64,000 bases of DNA, from the NCBI GenBank assembly GCA_904063045.1, contig CAJFCJ010000018.1:372001-436000 (forward strand), written 5' to 3'. Under the pieces are notes generated by a model, which was given only the letters and a program-made list of their open reading frames with translations, made no database searches and was not told where the DNA came from. Within the stretch, counting starts at the first letter, position 1; each line of letters starts with the position of its first letter. Positions 1 to 12,956 of this stretch are shown here, piece after piece. The stretch is from Dimorphilus gyrociliatus (Eukaryota; Animalia; Annelida). The position numbers and the translations under genes were made by a program.

Positions 1-2599
1 TTTAACGCGTACCACTCGGCACGAGACCATGTTGCTGCTCTAATCGCATCCATTTCTACATTCAAAAGTAAATTACTTCTGAAGGCGGTAATGTACCCTG
101 ATATATCTTTATCTTCGGTCTTATCATTAGTAGATAATCACCTCTGTTTTTAATTGGCGTCGACATCAGCTGATATTTTTCCTATGTATTATCACAGTCA
201 GATATAGAACAAAGGGTTGAAGTGATAATTGGCACACAATTATAGGAGAGTCACTATTATTTTAAAAAAAGATAATAAGCACAGATACATAATGGTGAAT
301 AGATATATTCATAAATTTATTATGAATTTTCTGTAACTATTATTGTTTCCTCAATTTGATTTTATCCAGGCCATTTAGTGGAATTATATTTAATGTTTAA
401 AACTGTAAGAGAGCACAAAGCTGCTTTCGACGATTAAAGAAATGCTAACGTTGTTATTCGTCGTTGATAAAAGGCACTAGATGGCATTTTAGTAGTTGAA
501 GCAATATCCAGAAGATGGAGTTATATGTCACTCTTTTTCTTCCTCAATACTCAGAAAAAATTTAATGAATTAAACCACTTATAAGAATGATTCTCAATTG
601 TAGTAAAAGTATCTTAGCCAAATTTTAATGTGCGGTTAAAACCCGATATTTATCTATTAAATTTTCTAAACAAACTTCAGATGGCACTAGTTTTCATTTA
701 GAAGCGCAATATTTTTGGAGCAATCGAATGCCTTGGGATTATTTCCCAAGTAAGAAACAGTGATACGCCTTGAATTTTTATAACATGTAATTTTAATTAT
801 TTATCAATTGTATATTCTTAGTCATGAAACTGCCGTTCTAGTATATCGTTATCGTAAATGTCAATTTGATGCTTGCAGATAGGCGAAATTATTTTGTTGT
901 ACTTTTCTTCGATCGTAGGTTTAAATATATTATTGGTATTCGACACTCAAGAGGATCCAAAGGTGAAATTTGTCGACGGTACTGCTGGTTTTGATAGCAT
1001 TTTAAAACTTTATAGGTTGACTCTAAGAAGTGTATTGTAAATCGTCTATAGTAATATAGCGAGAGAAGGAGGTGTAGCAAAGGACAAAGGACAAATATTT
1101 GCTTGAAAGCCTATCAATAAATCCACAAAAGAAGCAGGATAGCTTTCAGCCTCGTTTTGGCCACTTTGTAGCAGACGATTCTTTTTCAACGGCTGGATCA
1201 CCAACTTTTATTCGCCCCTTTCTTCAATTAAAATAATATAGATATATTGTTTTCATATTGAACTAGTGGGAGTTTTACCTGGATGAGACTTGAAATGTAC
1301 AAAAATTCAGTGAGTTTTTAAGTTTCTTTTTCTAAAATTCTCTTCTCACTCATCGAGTGGGTTAAATGAAGAGAACTGACAAGCTTATGCAGTAATTGCG
1401 TCACAATAACATTTATATTATATAACTACTCCTCTGATTTGAAATTCTCTCGAAATCTTAAAAGACAAAGGATGCCATTAAGATGACTTCGTGGTGGTCT
1501 TTCATTGTTAATAAAGTGGCTCATTTACATGAGGAACTCATACCAATCAAAACCAAATTTAAAAGACCAACTCAGAGATCTTTCATCTTAAACCGCTTTT
1601 AGGTGAACAGTCTATATCAAACCAGGTGGGACTTGCATAATCTTAGAATTTTGGATGCGACTTCATTCGCCCATCAATCACAGACTGCCCGCATCTTGTA
1701 TTTTCTTTAGGCCTGACTGGTATCGTATGACACTTTTGTTGATATAAATATGAAGCGAGTGGACACTGCACGCTCTTGTGCTTGACCGAACGGATGACCG
1801 GCGCTTGAAAAGTGGCAATTACAGGCGCCAAAATGACGTAAATTCTCGCTAACTTTCCTTAATCGCAATCTGTTCTATAACTCAGCTCTTTTTTGCCTTT
1901 TTTCTTTGAATGCGCAAGCGCCGAAGATGAATGAACATATATAAAAGACCTACGTATATACTTTGATGCGCATTTCCGTCTTTTTGCCATATAATAATTG
2001 GCTTTTGTACCGCCTGCGGATATACGTGTCGTGTAACTGTGACCGTCTTATAAAGGCGTTTCTCTTTCTTTAATCATTCGTTAAAATAAGTGCAAGAAGA
2101 AATTTTGCATAACTTAGAAAATTAACTAACATTTTGTAAGAAATATAGTGAGCATATATGTAAACATAGATGTTGCTTATATATCTATATACATAGTTTA
2201 CACACATACACTGCATACACAATATATATCATTATTACAAGCACACAATGCATGAATGGGCGGGCAGTTTTCGTAAACTTTATCAAATATCGATTTGCAT
2301 TAAGCGAACATTTGTAAATATATATACTGGGAATGTTTTTTTAGAAAATATACACGCATTTTTATAAATTCATATCTTGTGAAACATCTCTGGTAAAAAA
2401 TTTGGCATGCTTTGATTTAGCCGATTTTGCTATCAATTATTTCATTTTTCTTTATACTTGGTATTTTGATTGTATAGTCATGAACGTAATTTTACTTCCT
2501 ATCCTGTTCGTGTATTTGTGTTACGAAGAAGATTAGAAAGAACAAATAAGACAAACACCCTCTCTCTAATCTGACCTCATTTGTTATCGACGCCTCAAA

Positions 2600-2819
2600 C
2601 CGGAAACGACGTCAACCAATGGCGTCTCTCGTTAAGAAGTGCGGTTGACTTGACAGATTACGAGAATGTATAAGAGATAGAAAGAGAGGAACGCGGCACC
2701 AGGTCGCGAATTTTGAGAAACGTGCGCGTTGATGCGGTTAATGTTGATGTACGGACAGGCGTTCCATTTTCAGGCGTTTCTTACAGTCTCCTAGAAGAAA
2801 TGATTTCTTTTAACTATTG
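2600..2819 (+). promoter_or_regulatory. Putative GLI promoter and non-coding first exon
   Basis: CpG-rich patch with CCGGAAACGACGTCA (ETS/CRE-like, 2600-2614), CCAAT (2616-2620) and ATGGCG (YY1-like core). A consensus donor G|GTAAGT follows at 2819/2820. The first GLI coding exon has an acceptor (TTACAG|) at 5014, 8 nt before the ATG, so an upstream UTR exon is plausible. Confidence 0.5.
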
Positions 2820-4835
2820 GTAAGTAAATTTCTTAAACAAAGTTCTATTATAACTTAGCATTACTTTCATAAAGTAAAATTATTTCAAAATTACATTAAA
2901 TCCGTGGGATTGAATTGATCATTTATAGCTTGGATGAATAAGAGTTTCTTTAGTAAATTATGAACAAAAAGAATAATAACATCCCTACCTAGGTAAATCT
3001 GCAAACATACTAGCTGCAGCATATAAAGTGAGCTTGTAAAATTGTTACTTTACGGAAATTAATGAAAATTACCCGCCGTATTTTGACAAAAATTATGCTA
3101 TTTTGCGAAAATACATCTATTTACAACTGTAAATGTTTATTTGTTTAGAAACAATCGATAGAGACATATATTTATGTTTTTCAGATCGAGTATAGGAGAA
3201 TTTAGAATATTTAGCTGGCTTTCGAATTTCGTTTGTTTGCTTTATATATACGATACTTCTTCAGTTGTACAGCGCATTGGACACTCAGATATATCAAAAT
3301 AGGGCTTTGTCTTATTTAATAGCAAAAATTATAAATTCTGTATTAATTTATATACTTCTACATGTATTAATGCATGAAATTTATTATTGTTACGTATCCC
3401 ATATCATTAGATGAGCAAATACGCAGCTGAATGCAAGTTGATGTTTTTATAATAAGGCTATCTATTGAAAGTATATACGGCATTGATCCGTTCGACACCA
3501 ACCCTCCTCTATATAACAAAAATGAGCATTACATATCTGATGAATATAGCGCCTGTCGGCCGTCACCTGTCCTGCTGACACAGCATGAAGCGTCTATCTG
3601 AACAATCTATGTAAGTGTAAGGCTACGGTAGGCGATTACAATAACGTTTTGACAAGCGGACATATTGGATTCGACTGATATATATCTAATCTAACTAATT
3701 TCCACCTGCTTAACAAAATTTTACTTTCACTCTTTTTGCGGTATATGCGTGTTAATGAGCACTGTAATTTATTCATGCGCACATTATTCATGTATTCAAT
3801 GAATACGGGTATTGCTATGAGCGGTTTGATAGTTTGATTAGCACCTTGTCGCAGCTAATTTCGCTTGCTTTTTATAAGCTTTTTCGTTGCTTCAGGGCTT
3901 TCGTTTGCATTTAATGAATACGTTTAGGAGTTTGAAGAGTGCATGGATTTATTGCTTTTAACGAAATATATAATAAATCCTGTGCAGTTCAAATCAAAAA
4001 CACGTTGTTCTAAATGAACTCAAAGTTAACGGCTAATACTGTATGCTCTTGTATATAATGTATATATCACGATATAGAGACGTCAGCGAGCAGTGGCGTC
4101 AAATCCATCTGTTCCAAACTCGACCTCGCTTTGTGCCCCAGCCGCCATCCGCTCAAGCATGAGTGATAAATGGCCCTAAGAGGATGTGCACGCTTGCATG
4201 TATTATGCTGATCTGAAGACTGCTGGGGGTCTTTTCTAGACGTTGAGTATTGCACTGTTGCTATCGATCTGTCAGGGAGAATTCCCTAGGACCATCTCAG
4301 CTGCGTAAATAACCTCTCGACTCAGCAGGCTTTCAATAAGGAATGAGAAAGCAAAGTCAACAAAAGGAAGCACCAGCGTTAAGGTGTGGCTGATCAGGGG
4401 CCTTCTCGAAACGTCACAGCAGGCAACGGAAACAGCTGTATTCAACCTGCATCTTCACACATTTTACTTATTTCAATGTGGGAGACAGTTAAAATTTTTT
4501 GCTATTTTAGTTTTATATAAGTTCGCAAGATCTTCTTCACGATTTAGTATAAATCTCTATATTTGTCATCTCAGTGATATGGTGTTATCTCATTTAAGCA
4601 ATCCAAAAGTATTGGGAAAAGAGGATAATTTTCCCAGGCGATTAAAAAACGTTATCGCTAAATCACCTACGATAAAGCTGTCTTGTAAAAATTTTTACTG
4701 AAGGTCCCTCCAAGCAAAATTCCATCAAATATGTGGGAACAGCCCGTGTAATTTCTCCATCGTAATTATTCTTATTAAGTTTTGTACCCCTTGTGCCTTC
4801 TTTTTGAACGACGTGTGATTGGGTGAGCGTTCCAG

Positions 4836-4875
4836 GACCACGCCTTGTGGGCGGTCGTCGACAATTTGGGCGGCT
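4836..4875. promoter_or_regulatory. Cluster of GLI-type binding-site-like sequences upstream of the GLI coding start
   Basis: TGGGCGGTC at 4848-4856 (GACCGCCCA on the minus strand; 8/9 match to GACCACCCA), GACCACGCC at 4836-4844 (7/9, opposite orientation) and TGGGCGGCT at 4867-4875. Confidence 0.35.
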
Positions 4876-5022
4876 TTTTATGGCACCTTTTCCATTTTAC
4901 CCTTCTTCTGGAACATATTCATCATCCTTCACATAATTTTTGATCATTCAACGATACATATACATAGAAATATGTTTAAGATTTGATTGATTGATAAGCT
5001 GAAATCCGTTACAGAATATGAA

Positions 5023-8000
5023 ATGAGTATCGAAAGCTCCATGGAGGGAGAAGAAAGTAAATTAGCAAAAAAGAAACCCGAAAAAGTCGAAGCGACTTCA
5101 ACCCAAAAAAATGGTAAGCATGAATTTTTTATAGCCAATCGAATAGATAGGAGAGAAAAAAGTTTATCTTTTATGCTGTTTAGAAAACGAATTAGCTGTT
5201 CGCCTATATCAAATTTCTCTGTAAAAACTATACTCCTGCATGTTTATAATGCAAAAAGCATACATTAAAGCTACAAATTTATTAGCTTATATGTATATAT
5301 TTAAAGCCAGGCGTGTGCTATGTATCAAATGAACGAAAAATACATAAAGAAGAGTTTATATTTTGTTGTATCAGTCTTTGAAGAATGTCTGTTTGTGATT
5401 TTGTGTCAAGAAATGCATATACACTATAAATTTGTGTGAGCAAGTAAATAGGGCTGAGAGATTTATGGAAACTAGGGATAGAAGAAGAGCAAGCAGAAGC
5501 GGATGATAATGTTTGTTTTACGTCGACAATCAATTTTCTCGAAATGCCTCATTCGATACTTTCATAGGACTATGTAGACAAGCACTTATATACCCGTGGT
5601 GCGACGTTTGGCCTTAGGGGACAAGGAGACATACGCTGATTAGTATTGGTTAAGACGTTTTGGAAGCGGACGCAGTTTACGCGTCCTGATTAGTAAATTT
5701 AATCGCAATACAAGCTACTAAAGTGTTTAAGTTGAAACGCACATTCAGTTTGAAAAATTTTCACCACCTGCGGCTTGATACTAAAACCCTAATCACAATC
5801 TTTTAGAGACGACATTTCGAGAAGCGTCGAAGCGTTGCTAAGCCCCTATAAAATTCATTCAAATTTCCTCATATCCGCAAGCCTCGGTAAACTGACCGAT
5901 GACCGCTCTCTTGACCATAAGTAGCTATCACCAATGCCACATTTAACGCCTTTTTTATTTCAAGTATCAGGCAGGTGTGGTGTGTCGATGGAGATTTATG
6001 GATATTTTAATTAAAATAATATGCTATCACTAAACTTTCCTGTGCTTTAGATTAATATGTTTACTTGAATTGATAACCACTTTGTACTGAACAAATGGAA
6101 TCTTAAATAGATAACAAGTGATATGAATAACTCTAATTTAGCTAGATCAATCTTGTTTTATGTCGCCAAACTATCGGCGTTCCTTGTCCGCTCAGTGGGC
6201 TTTATTACCATATCCAGCGTCTCCGCATACAGTGCCATCTATTGCATATCTATGAAAAAGTGTTAAATTATTTATTCTATTTATTTCAGATTTTTAAAAA
6301 TTATTCGAAGTAAAGCTTTGGGGAAAATTAGATATTTACTTTAACTTGGAAATTAATTATTATACCAATTGTTAGCTATTAATAATTAAAGAGTCTTTGC
6401 ATAGAGAGTTGCTTTAGACTTATCAGCTTCTATAAACCAGATAGGAGCTCAAAAAATCTTTGAGGGAATGCTAATGAACTTAACGATGCAGTCATGTCAC
6501 CTAATGACCCTCAGCAGGGGGTATATTGTCATTCGAGCGTAAAATGCAGTGATTGGTTGCAGTACAAATGAAAAATTGCACATTCTCCATCAGTGACAAA
6601 GTAGTATTTTGATTAATTGTTGACCGAAAACAACACCTTTACATTCATCTCTGTTAATTCCACTTTAAAAGTGCTCTTTATCGTATAGCAGCGTACTTTG
6701 AAAAAGCAAGATGATATATAATAGGCTTAAGTGTAGATTTTAGAACGCGGAGAAAAGCCAGTCTATGAGAAATGGTGCCAGACTAGGCACTTTGAATGAA
6801 AACTATCTGCACGCTGTCTGTAAAGTACACAGGCAGAGTGCGAGCTGGTGAGGTCTGTTTCTGTTCTCGTTATTCTCAACAAGTAAGTAGCAGTATTAGA
6901 TGCATTGTTTTTTTTTAATAATTATAAGACTAGATTAACAAGAGTTGTTGAATTCCGCTATTTCTGATACGAACAATTTATACAACAAGCATTATAATTG
7001 GGAAAATTTAAATAATATGTATTGTGTAGATGGATAATCTATAAAGGGATTCAAACTTCAAAATTTTTACGAAAGAAATGTCAGATATCTAGTAAGACAT
7101 TATTTGTTATTTCCCTTGCCGAACAATGATGAGTAAACAGTATTGTTTATTGGAAAACAAGTAATAATATACTGATCGGCGTGCAGAGGCCTCCACCTAA
7201 CATTTACCCTTCACAAAAGAACGTAAAGATGTTATTGTCTGCCTTTTGGAGGGCGATATTTTACTATTAAATAATTTTTACTGGACAAAAAATCTGCTTA
7301 CAATTCGATATTTTAAACATAAATAAGTGTATAAGTTTTAAGGTCAATCAGTCGAGATATTAGGCTGTAAAAATGTCTGTTGTACACGTAAGCATTGAAA
7401 TCGCCTATTCCGAAGACATATTTACTCACAGTGTAATTCTATAATAACCTGACAAATCCGTCAACAAAATAGGCCTGAATGGTCTATGTTTACTTAAGAA
7501 TTTTTGTGTTTATTTTGAAAATACCCTATAATTTTTTTCTAGCAAGATTTATGGCGCGTACCGAACTCTATAAAGAACGTCTGTAAACAATTAATGAATG
7601 GCTAAACCGGCTTTTGCATTTTTCTTACAGAATCTTTGGCCAAAAAAGCTCGTAAAAACTCACCGAGCAAGGAGGAATCATCAAAAGTTTTTCAAATACC
7701 ACCTCCTGGTGCACCACTTGCCTTTTTCCCCTTTCATCCTCAAGACCTTGGTCGGTACCCTTTCCTGGATCCGGCATCCTACGCAAGTGAGCATATATTT
7801 TCTTTACTGCTTCCAGACTTGTTTACTTTACACTTTATAAACTTTTCATGTTCATATCCCGCTGGTCTATCGATAGAGATAGGATCTCAGTCATTCATGG
7901 AGCTTTATACATAATTATTCGTTTGTCTAGGTGCGGCTTTCATCAATTCATCTCCAGTTCCCCTCAACTCAAATCTACCGACAACAACAACGGGTGTTCA

Positions 8001-11000
8001 TGGGTTGGTAAACAAATTTATATAACTTTTAATTCTTTGGTTTTTGACCGACAAACTATTCCTAAATCATTCTTTAGGAGCTGTCTCTGTTTATATATCC
8101 ATCAATAATCTTGAATTTACGCATTAATGTATGTAGAATGCACTAAACGTGTGACAGAAGGAGTTTTTCTTTTTATCAAAATTCAAAGCAACGAAAAAAT
8201 AATTAGCGCTTAGCCTTTGAGTGGTTGGACAGTTGAAAAATGATGCGCTCGCTCTCCCTCTGTCATTCCACTTCAGTTACTATTCCTATTGAAAATGCCG
8301 ATAGGCATTTAAAAATGGTATTGACAAGCTGCTTCATTGAACTTTCTTACCATCCATTCGCATAGTTTTTAGACATACCTATCAAAAATGGAAAAAACTT
8401 ATATCCTGAATGAGATTGTTAATAACGCAGAATATGTTTTATAAAAATTTATAAACTACCAGTCATGAATCATTGCATTACATGACAATACAGTGTTGTA
8501 AATTTCATTTACAATCGAAAAACTTATTGATAGTGCTACTTTAATGACTTTAGTGCTTTCAATCTAAAGAAACGCTTTACGCCAAAATTAGTGATTTTTT
8601 AGAACTCAGTTTTGTTTGGTTCAGTATTCAATTGGAAATTATACATGAAAGTCAATATTAAACCATGAAATTCTGATCATATGAATTTGAAAAATGCTTT
8701 GTAGTATAGTATGCGGTTAATCTCAATTACTCATCTTAATAATGTCAATTACACCTTAATATTCAATTAACACCGTCATTGTAAGTCCTTCTACCAATGT
8801 GGCGTAATGCGTAATTGTCATTTTTACACACGCTTCATTTCCCTTTAGAATGTCAAGTTGTATGTTTAAAAATAGACGAGAATTTAAAATCACCCGCACA
8901 AATTTCTATAGTGTACCGTTTTTTTAGCCTATATATAATTTATGCTGGATAGAATGAAGAAGTATGCTAGGAATGTATACATTCTGACAAAAAATCTGAG
9001 ATTAAAAGGTTTCAGGTCATGAAAATTGTGGCCTGAGAGTTATTCTAAACCTTTTAAAGGGAGAAGCGTTAAGTGACAAGAATACGAAGCAAGATTTAAA
9101 TTATATTTGATGTAGGATGTTTTCCTTGTTATTCTTTAACAATACTTTTTGAATCTCATAAAATAACTTGTCTTTTTCTGATTAAACAATCAACGTTTAA
9201 CATGTTTTTTTCGCTTAGCCTACCTGCACCTTTCGATTTGGGAGCAACTTTCGGAATGAGAACGCCGCCCAACACAGCGGCAGCTTCCGGTTGGACTTAC
9301 AATTCCACTTTCATGTTCCATTAGATTATAATTTTTTACATCTTTGATATAGGCTTATCTGTCGATCCGCTGTTGACTTACCATAGATTGCAGCAATTAG
9401 AGCATTATAGACAAACTGCGGCAGCAGCAGCCTATAGGCGCCTTTCTCCCGCAACTTTAGCAGGTGAGTTTTTATTACAGATCTTTCATTCACATGTATC
9501 AATAAACGCCCTGGCTGCATGTCATTAATTTCAATAATGTATTTTTGCAGCCTTACAACAGCAGCAACAACAGCAACCTTTTTATATTCCATCAGCTCCG
9601 TCCGTCGCCAGTCTTCCAACATTTCGCCCTAATCAGTCATTACAAGAAAATCCAATGCAAGCAGGTAGCCCTTGCACAAATTTAACCTCTGTCAGATTAG
9701 GAAAAAAACGAACTTTAAGTTCATCTCCTTATACGGATTTGCTCGACAATGTTGGGGACTCGTTGTTTTTGAATAGCTTGGGATCTTCTTCGAGGTCTAG
9801 CAGCAGCCGTGGTTCATTTGGTCATTTGAATGCTGCATCGATTGGTTCAGCTTTGAGTTCCGGTCAAACGACTCCTTTAACTTTTCCTATTGTCCCGATC
9901 ATACCAATAAATAGAAGACCCCAGACGGAAGAACCTACCGAATCTATAGTATCAAGTACTGTCGATCATGAAAATAAGTCAATAAGAATAAAACAAGAAG
10001 GAAAAGACGGCGAAGAAAATTTCACAGATACCAATTGCCACTGGAAGGGATGTGAACAAGAATTCGACAATCAGGAAGATCTCGTTCGACATATTAACTG
10101 CGATCATATTCAATCCCACAAGAAAGCATTTGTTTGTCGATGGCAAGACTGCACCCGGGAAGAAAAGCCGTTCAAGGCTCAATATATGCTCGTTGTTCAT
10201 ATGCGACGTCACACAGGAGAGAAGCCACACAAATGCACGGTACGGAAATGTTAGGTTGTTCTTATTAGCATATACATGGTCCTTTCTTTCAGTTTGAAGG
10301 CTGTACGAAAGCATATAGTCGATTGGAAAATTTAAAAACACATCTTCGATCGGTATGAATCCAAAACCAATATATTAATATACTGACAATGAAGATAAAT
10401 TTGTATAACTACAGCATACTGGAGAAAAGCCCTACATGTGCGAATTTCCTGGTTGTACAAAAGCGTTCAGCAATGCAAGTGATAGAGCAAAGCACCAAAA
10501 TAGAACTCATTCGAATGCCGTAAGATCTAATTTTTAGAACTAATATCACATTTTTAAATAACGATTAAATCAAATAGAAGCCTTATGTCTGTAAGGCTCA
10601 AGGTTGTAATAAAAGATACACTGATCCGAGCTCTCTCCGAAAGCATGTTAAAACTGTCCACGGTGCTGAATTTTATGCTCAAAAAAGACACAAAGGCTTA
10701 CCGTCAACGGGTGGTGCTGATGCTGATTCTCCACAGAGCGATTCAAAAGATGAAAAGGAAAGGAAGAAAAATGGTTCAGAGCAAAAACTGGATAGCTGTA
10801 AGACTATGATATCTAAATCGCTTAGTCCTGACCAAAGAGAAGGATCAGACAGGGTATTTTTTAGTAATAAAGCTTTAAAGTTGATATTAATGAAACTCAA
10901 TAATAATGACAGGATATAAAGAGCACGTCAAGTTCTAATAAGAATCATTCAAGCCCAAATACAAGCTCTTTATCTAATGGACATAGTCCTCGAACCATTC

Positions 11001-12355
11001 CCTATCAATCTGAAGACAATAATCGAATCGATGTTGTAGAAGATATCGAAATGGATCAGTGGGATATGATGTCACCAGTTGGTTCATGTATGACTTCCTC
11101 CAGATCTCAAATGCCAACTGTTCGAAAGATTTCTTTAAAAAGTAGTGTTCCAGTTGTAAGCGGTTAGTTTCTCAAAATTTTTATTTTAATGTTGATTAAC
11201 GATTTATTCAAAAATATTTAAATAAAACTCCAGATGAAAATAATCAGGTAAAATTTCCTGTTGTAAATATCAGGGTCTTTGTTAGATTCATGTGGCACGA
11301 TTGTTTCATAAATACGTTTGTTGATTGAAAAATTGTTATATTTAAGATACGACTTTCTTACAGATTCGAGAATCGGAAGAAGACATATAATTAACGAGCC
11401 GAATAATTACGAACCCTCCTATTTTAACGCTCCAGCCCCTGCAGTGCAACAATATCCTTTACAAATCCCATCCCTTCCCCCTTCTACTATAACTCATGGT
11501 TCTACTCAAATATCTTCAAGATTCAAATCAGCTTCTTTTTACGACCAACAAACTTTTGTTAGTCCAACTGAAAGACGCGAATCAAATAATTCAGTCAGTA
11601 CATACTATTATAGTATGTATGGAAGTGGATATACTGGCTCCTACGCTGAGAGCAGAAGAACAAGCAACATGTCCACTGGGTCACATTATCCTTATGAGTA
11701 TGATCTTCCGAAGCCTGATCTATGTCACTTGTCTCAGCAAATGGAGCGAGCACATCTCTGTTCAAATCAATTTCGATTTCACTATAACGAAGAACAAATG
11801 GCAAGATATTTCAATTCTCAAGGAATGCAACAAATTTCTGAGACAGAAATAGAAAATAGAAGATCCTCTGAACCTATTCGTAAGAATGATGATTCTGTTT
11901 TGTCAGCTAATAGTAATCAGTTAAGACGCTTTCGATCAGTTGATGCACCTGGTAATAATATACCAGAGCATACAACTTATGAAGAAATGCTAATTCCTGA
12001 AGATATGGAAAAATTTTTAGCAACTAGGGGTTAGTATAGATAAGATTACATGAAAATTGAAATTTTTAATATTGTAATTTCAGAAAATAATAATGAAGAT
12101 TGGAATAGCAATTGCCAATCGTGTAAATATATTCACGTTCAAACGACAGAATCAACCAACGATGAATCGCCAGGCTGTAATCAGGTCTCATCAACAACAG
12201 ACGCATCAAGTATAGAGGATTTCACACCAATAGAAATGCCTGATAATTTCTTGGATTCCATAATTCGGCAGGAAAATTCTAATTTGATAGTAAACGATAT
12301 GTCTTCTACTTTGAGTATTCTAGCAGAGGAAAACCGCTATTTATCTTTGCAATAA
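5023..12355 (+). CDS. GLI: GLI/Cubitus interruptus zinc-finger transcription factor (Hedgehog effector), about 12 coding exons, roughly 940 aa
   Basis: In-frame exons: 5023-5113, 7631-7786, about 7931-8003, 9219-9289, 9353-9463, 9551-10239, 10293-10352, 10415-10519, 10578-10853, 10913-11162, 11364-12029, 12084-12355. Five GLI-type C2H2 fingers ([83 protein letters not shown]). Also [15 protein letters not shown], an RRES/RRTS cluster and the C-terminal [16 protein letters not shown] motif. Confidence 0.96.
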
Positions 12356-12956
12356 ACAGTATTGAAAAGGCGTTGCATGTCTTTTTTAATGTGCTTTTAT
12401 AATTTTTTATCATATCTCATTAACTCTAATTTCGATAGCTTTGGCTTTGTGTATATTTTATTAACTAAAAATGCAGATCTCATTGAAAGCAATAAATTTT
12501 ACATGACAAATACGCTTAAGGATTGAGCCTAAAAACAATTTTTTAATTGCATATTTTTCGCAAGGCGGCAAATATAAGACTGTAAGGCACCACACTGAAC
12601 TACACAAAAATTTATATTGCAAAATCTCTTACTAAACAGGCAATAAATATAATCACAGTTGCCTGATTACATCCTGTAAACGAAAATAATAGGTTCGAGA
12701 CAACTTTTCTGGCACATGAAACATTAATAAACGTATTGAACAAAGATTTCTACTGGTAAAACACTGTGCTGCAGGTACGAATACACATTTTTTCACATGA
12801 CATGAAATTATAATGTATCATACGAAAACTTTTCCACTGCTTTAATTCACAAGAACCTATATTTTTACAATCTTAACGAAGTATATGGATATAAAAAGAA
12901 GGCTACGCGGATTATAGCGCTTGACAGTTTGCAGATTAGAATTAAAGAGAGAGACT

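Noticed and set aside
1-200. Short open frames on the minus strand at the left edge (e.g. DKDISGYITAFRSNLLLNVEM...)
   Set aside because: No recognisable family, no consistent splice phase, and truncated by the window edge.
4180-4270. TATTGCAC (miR-25/92-like seed) suggesting a microRNA
   Set aside because: No compact complementary arm giving a 60-70-nt hairpin was found; the downstream sequence does not match miR-92.
4285-4296. GGGAGAATTCCC as an NF-kB site
   Set aside because: Does not fit the 10-bp GGGRNNYYCC consensus on either strand.
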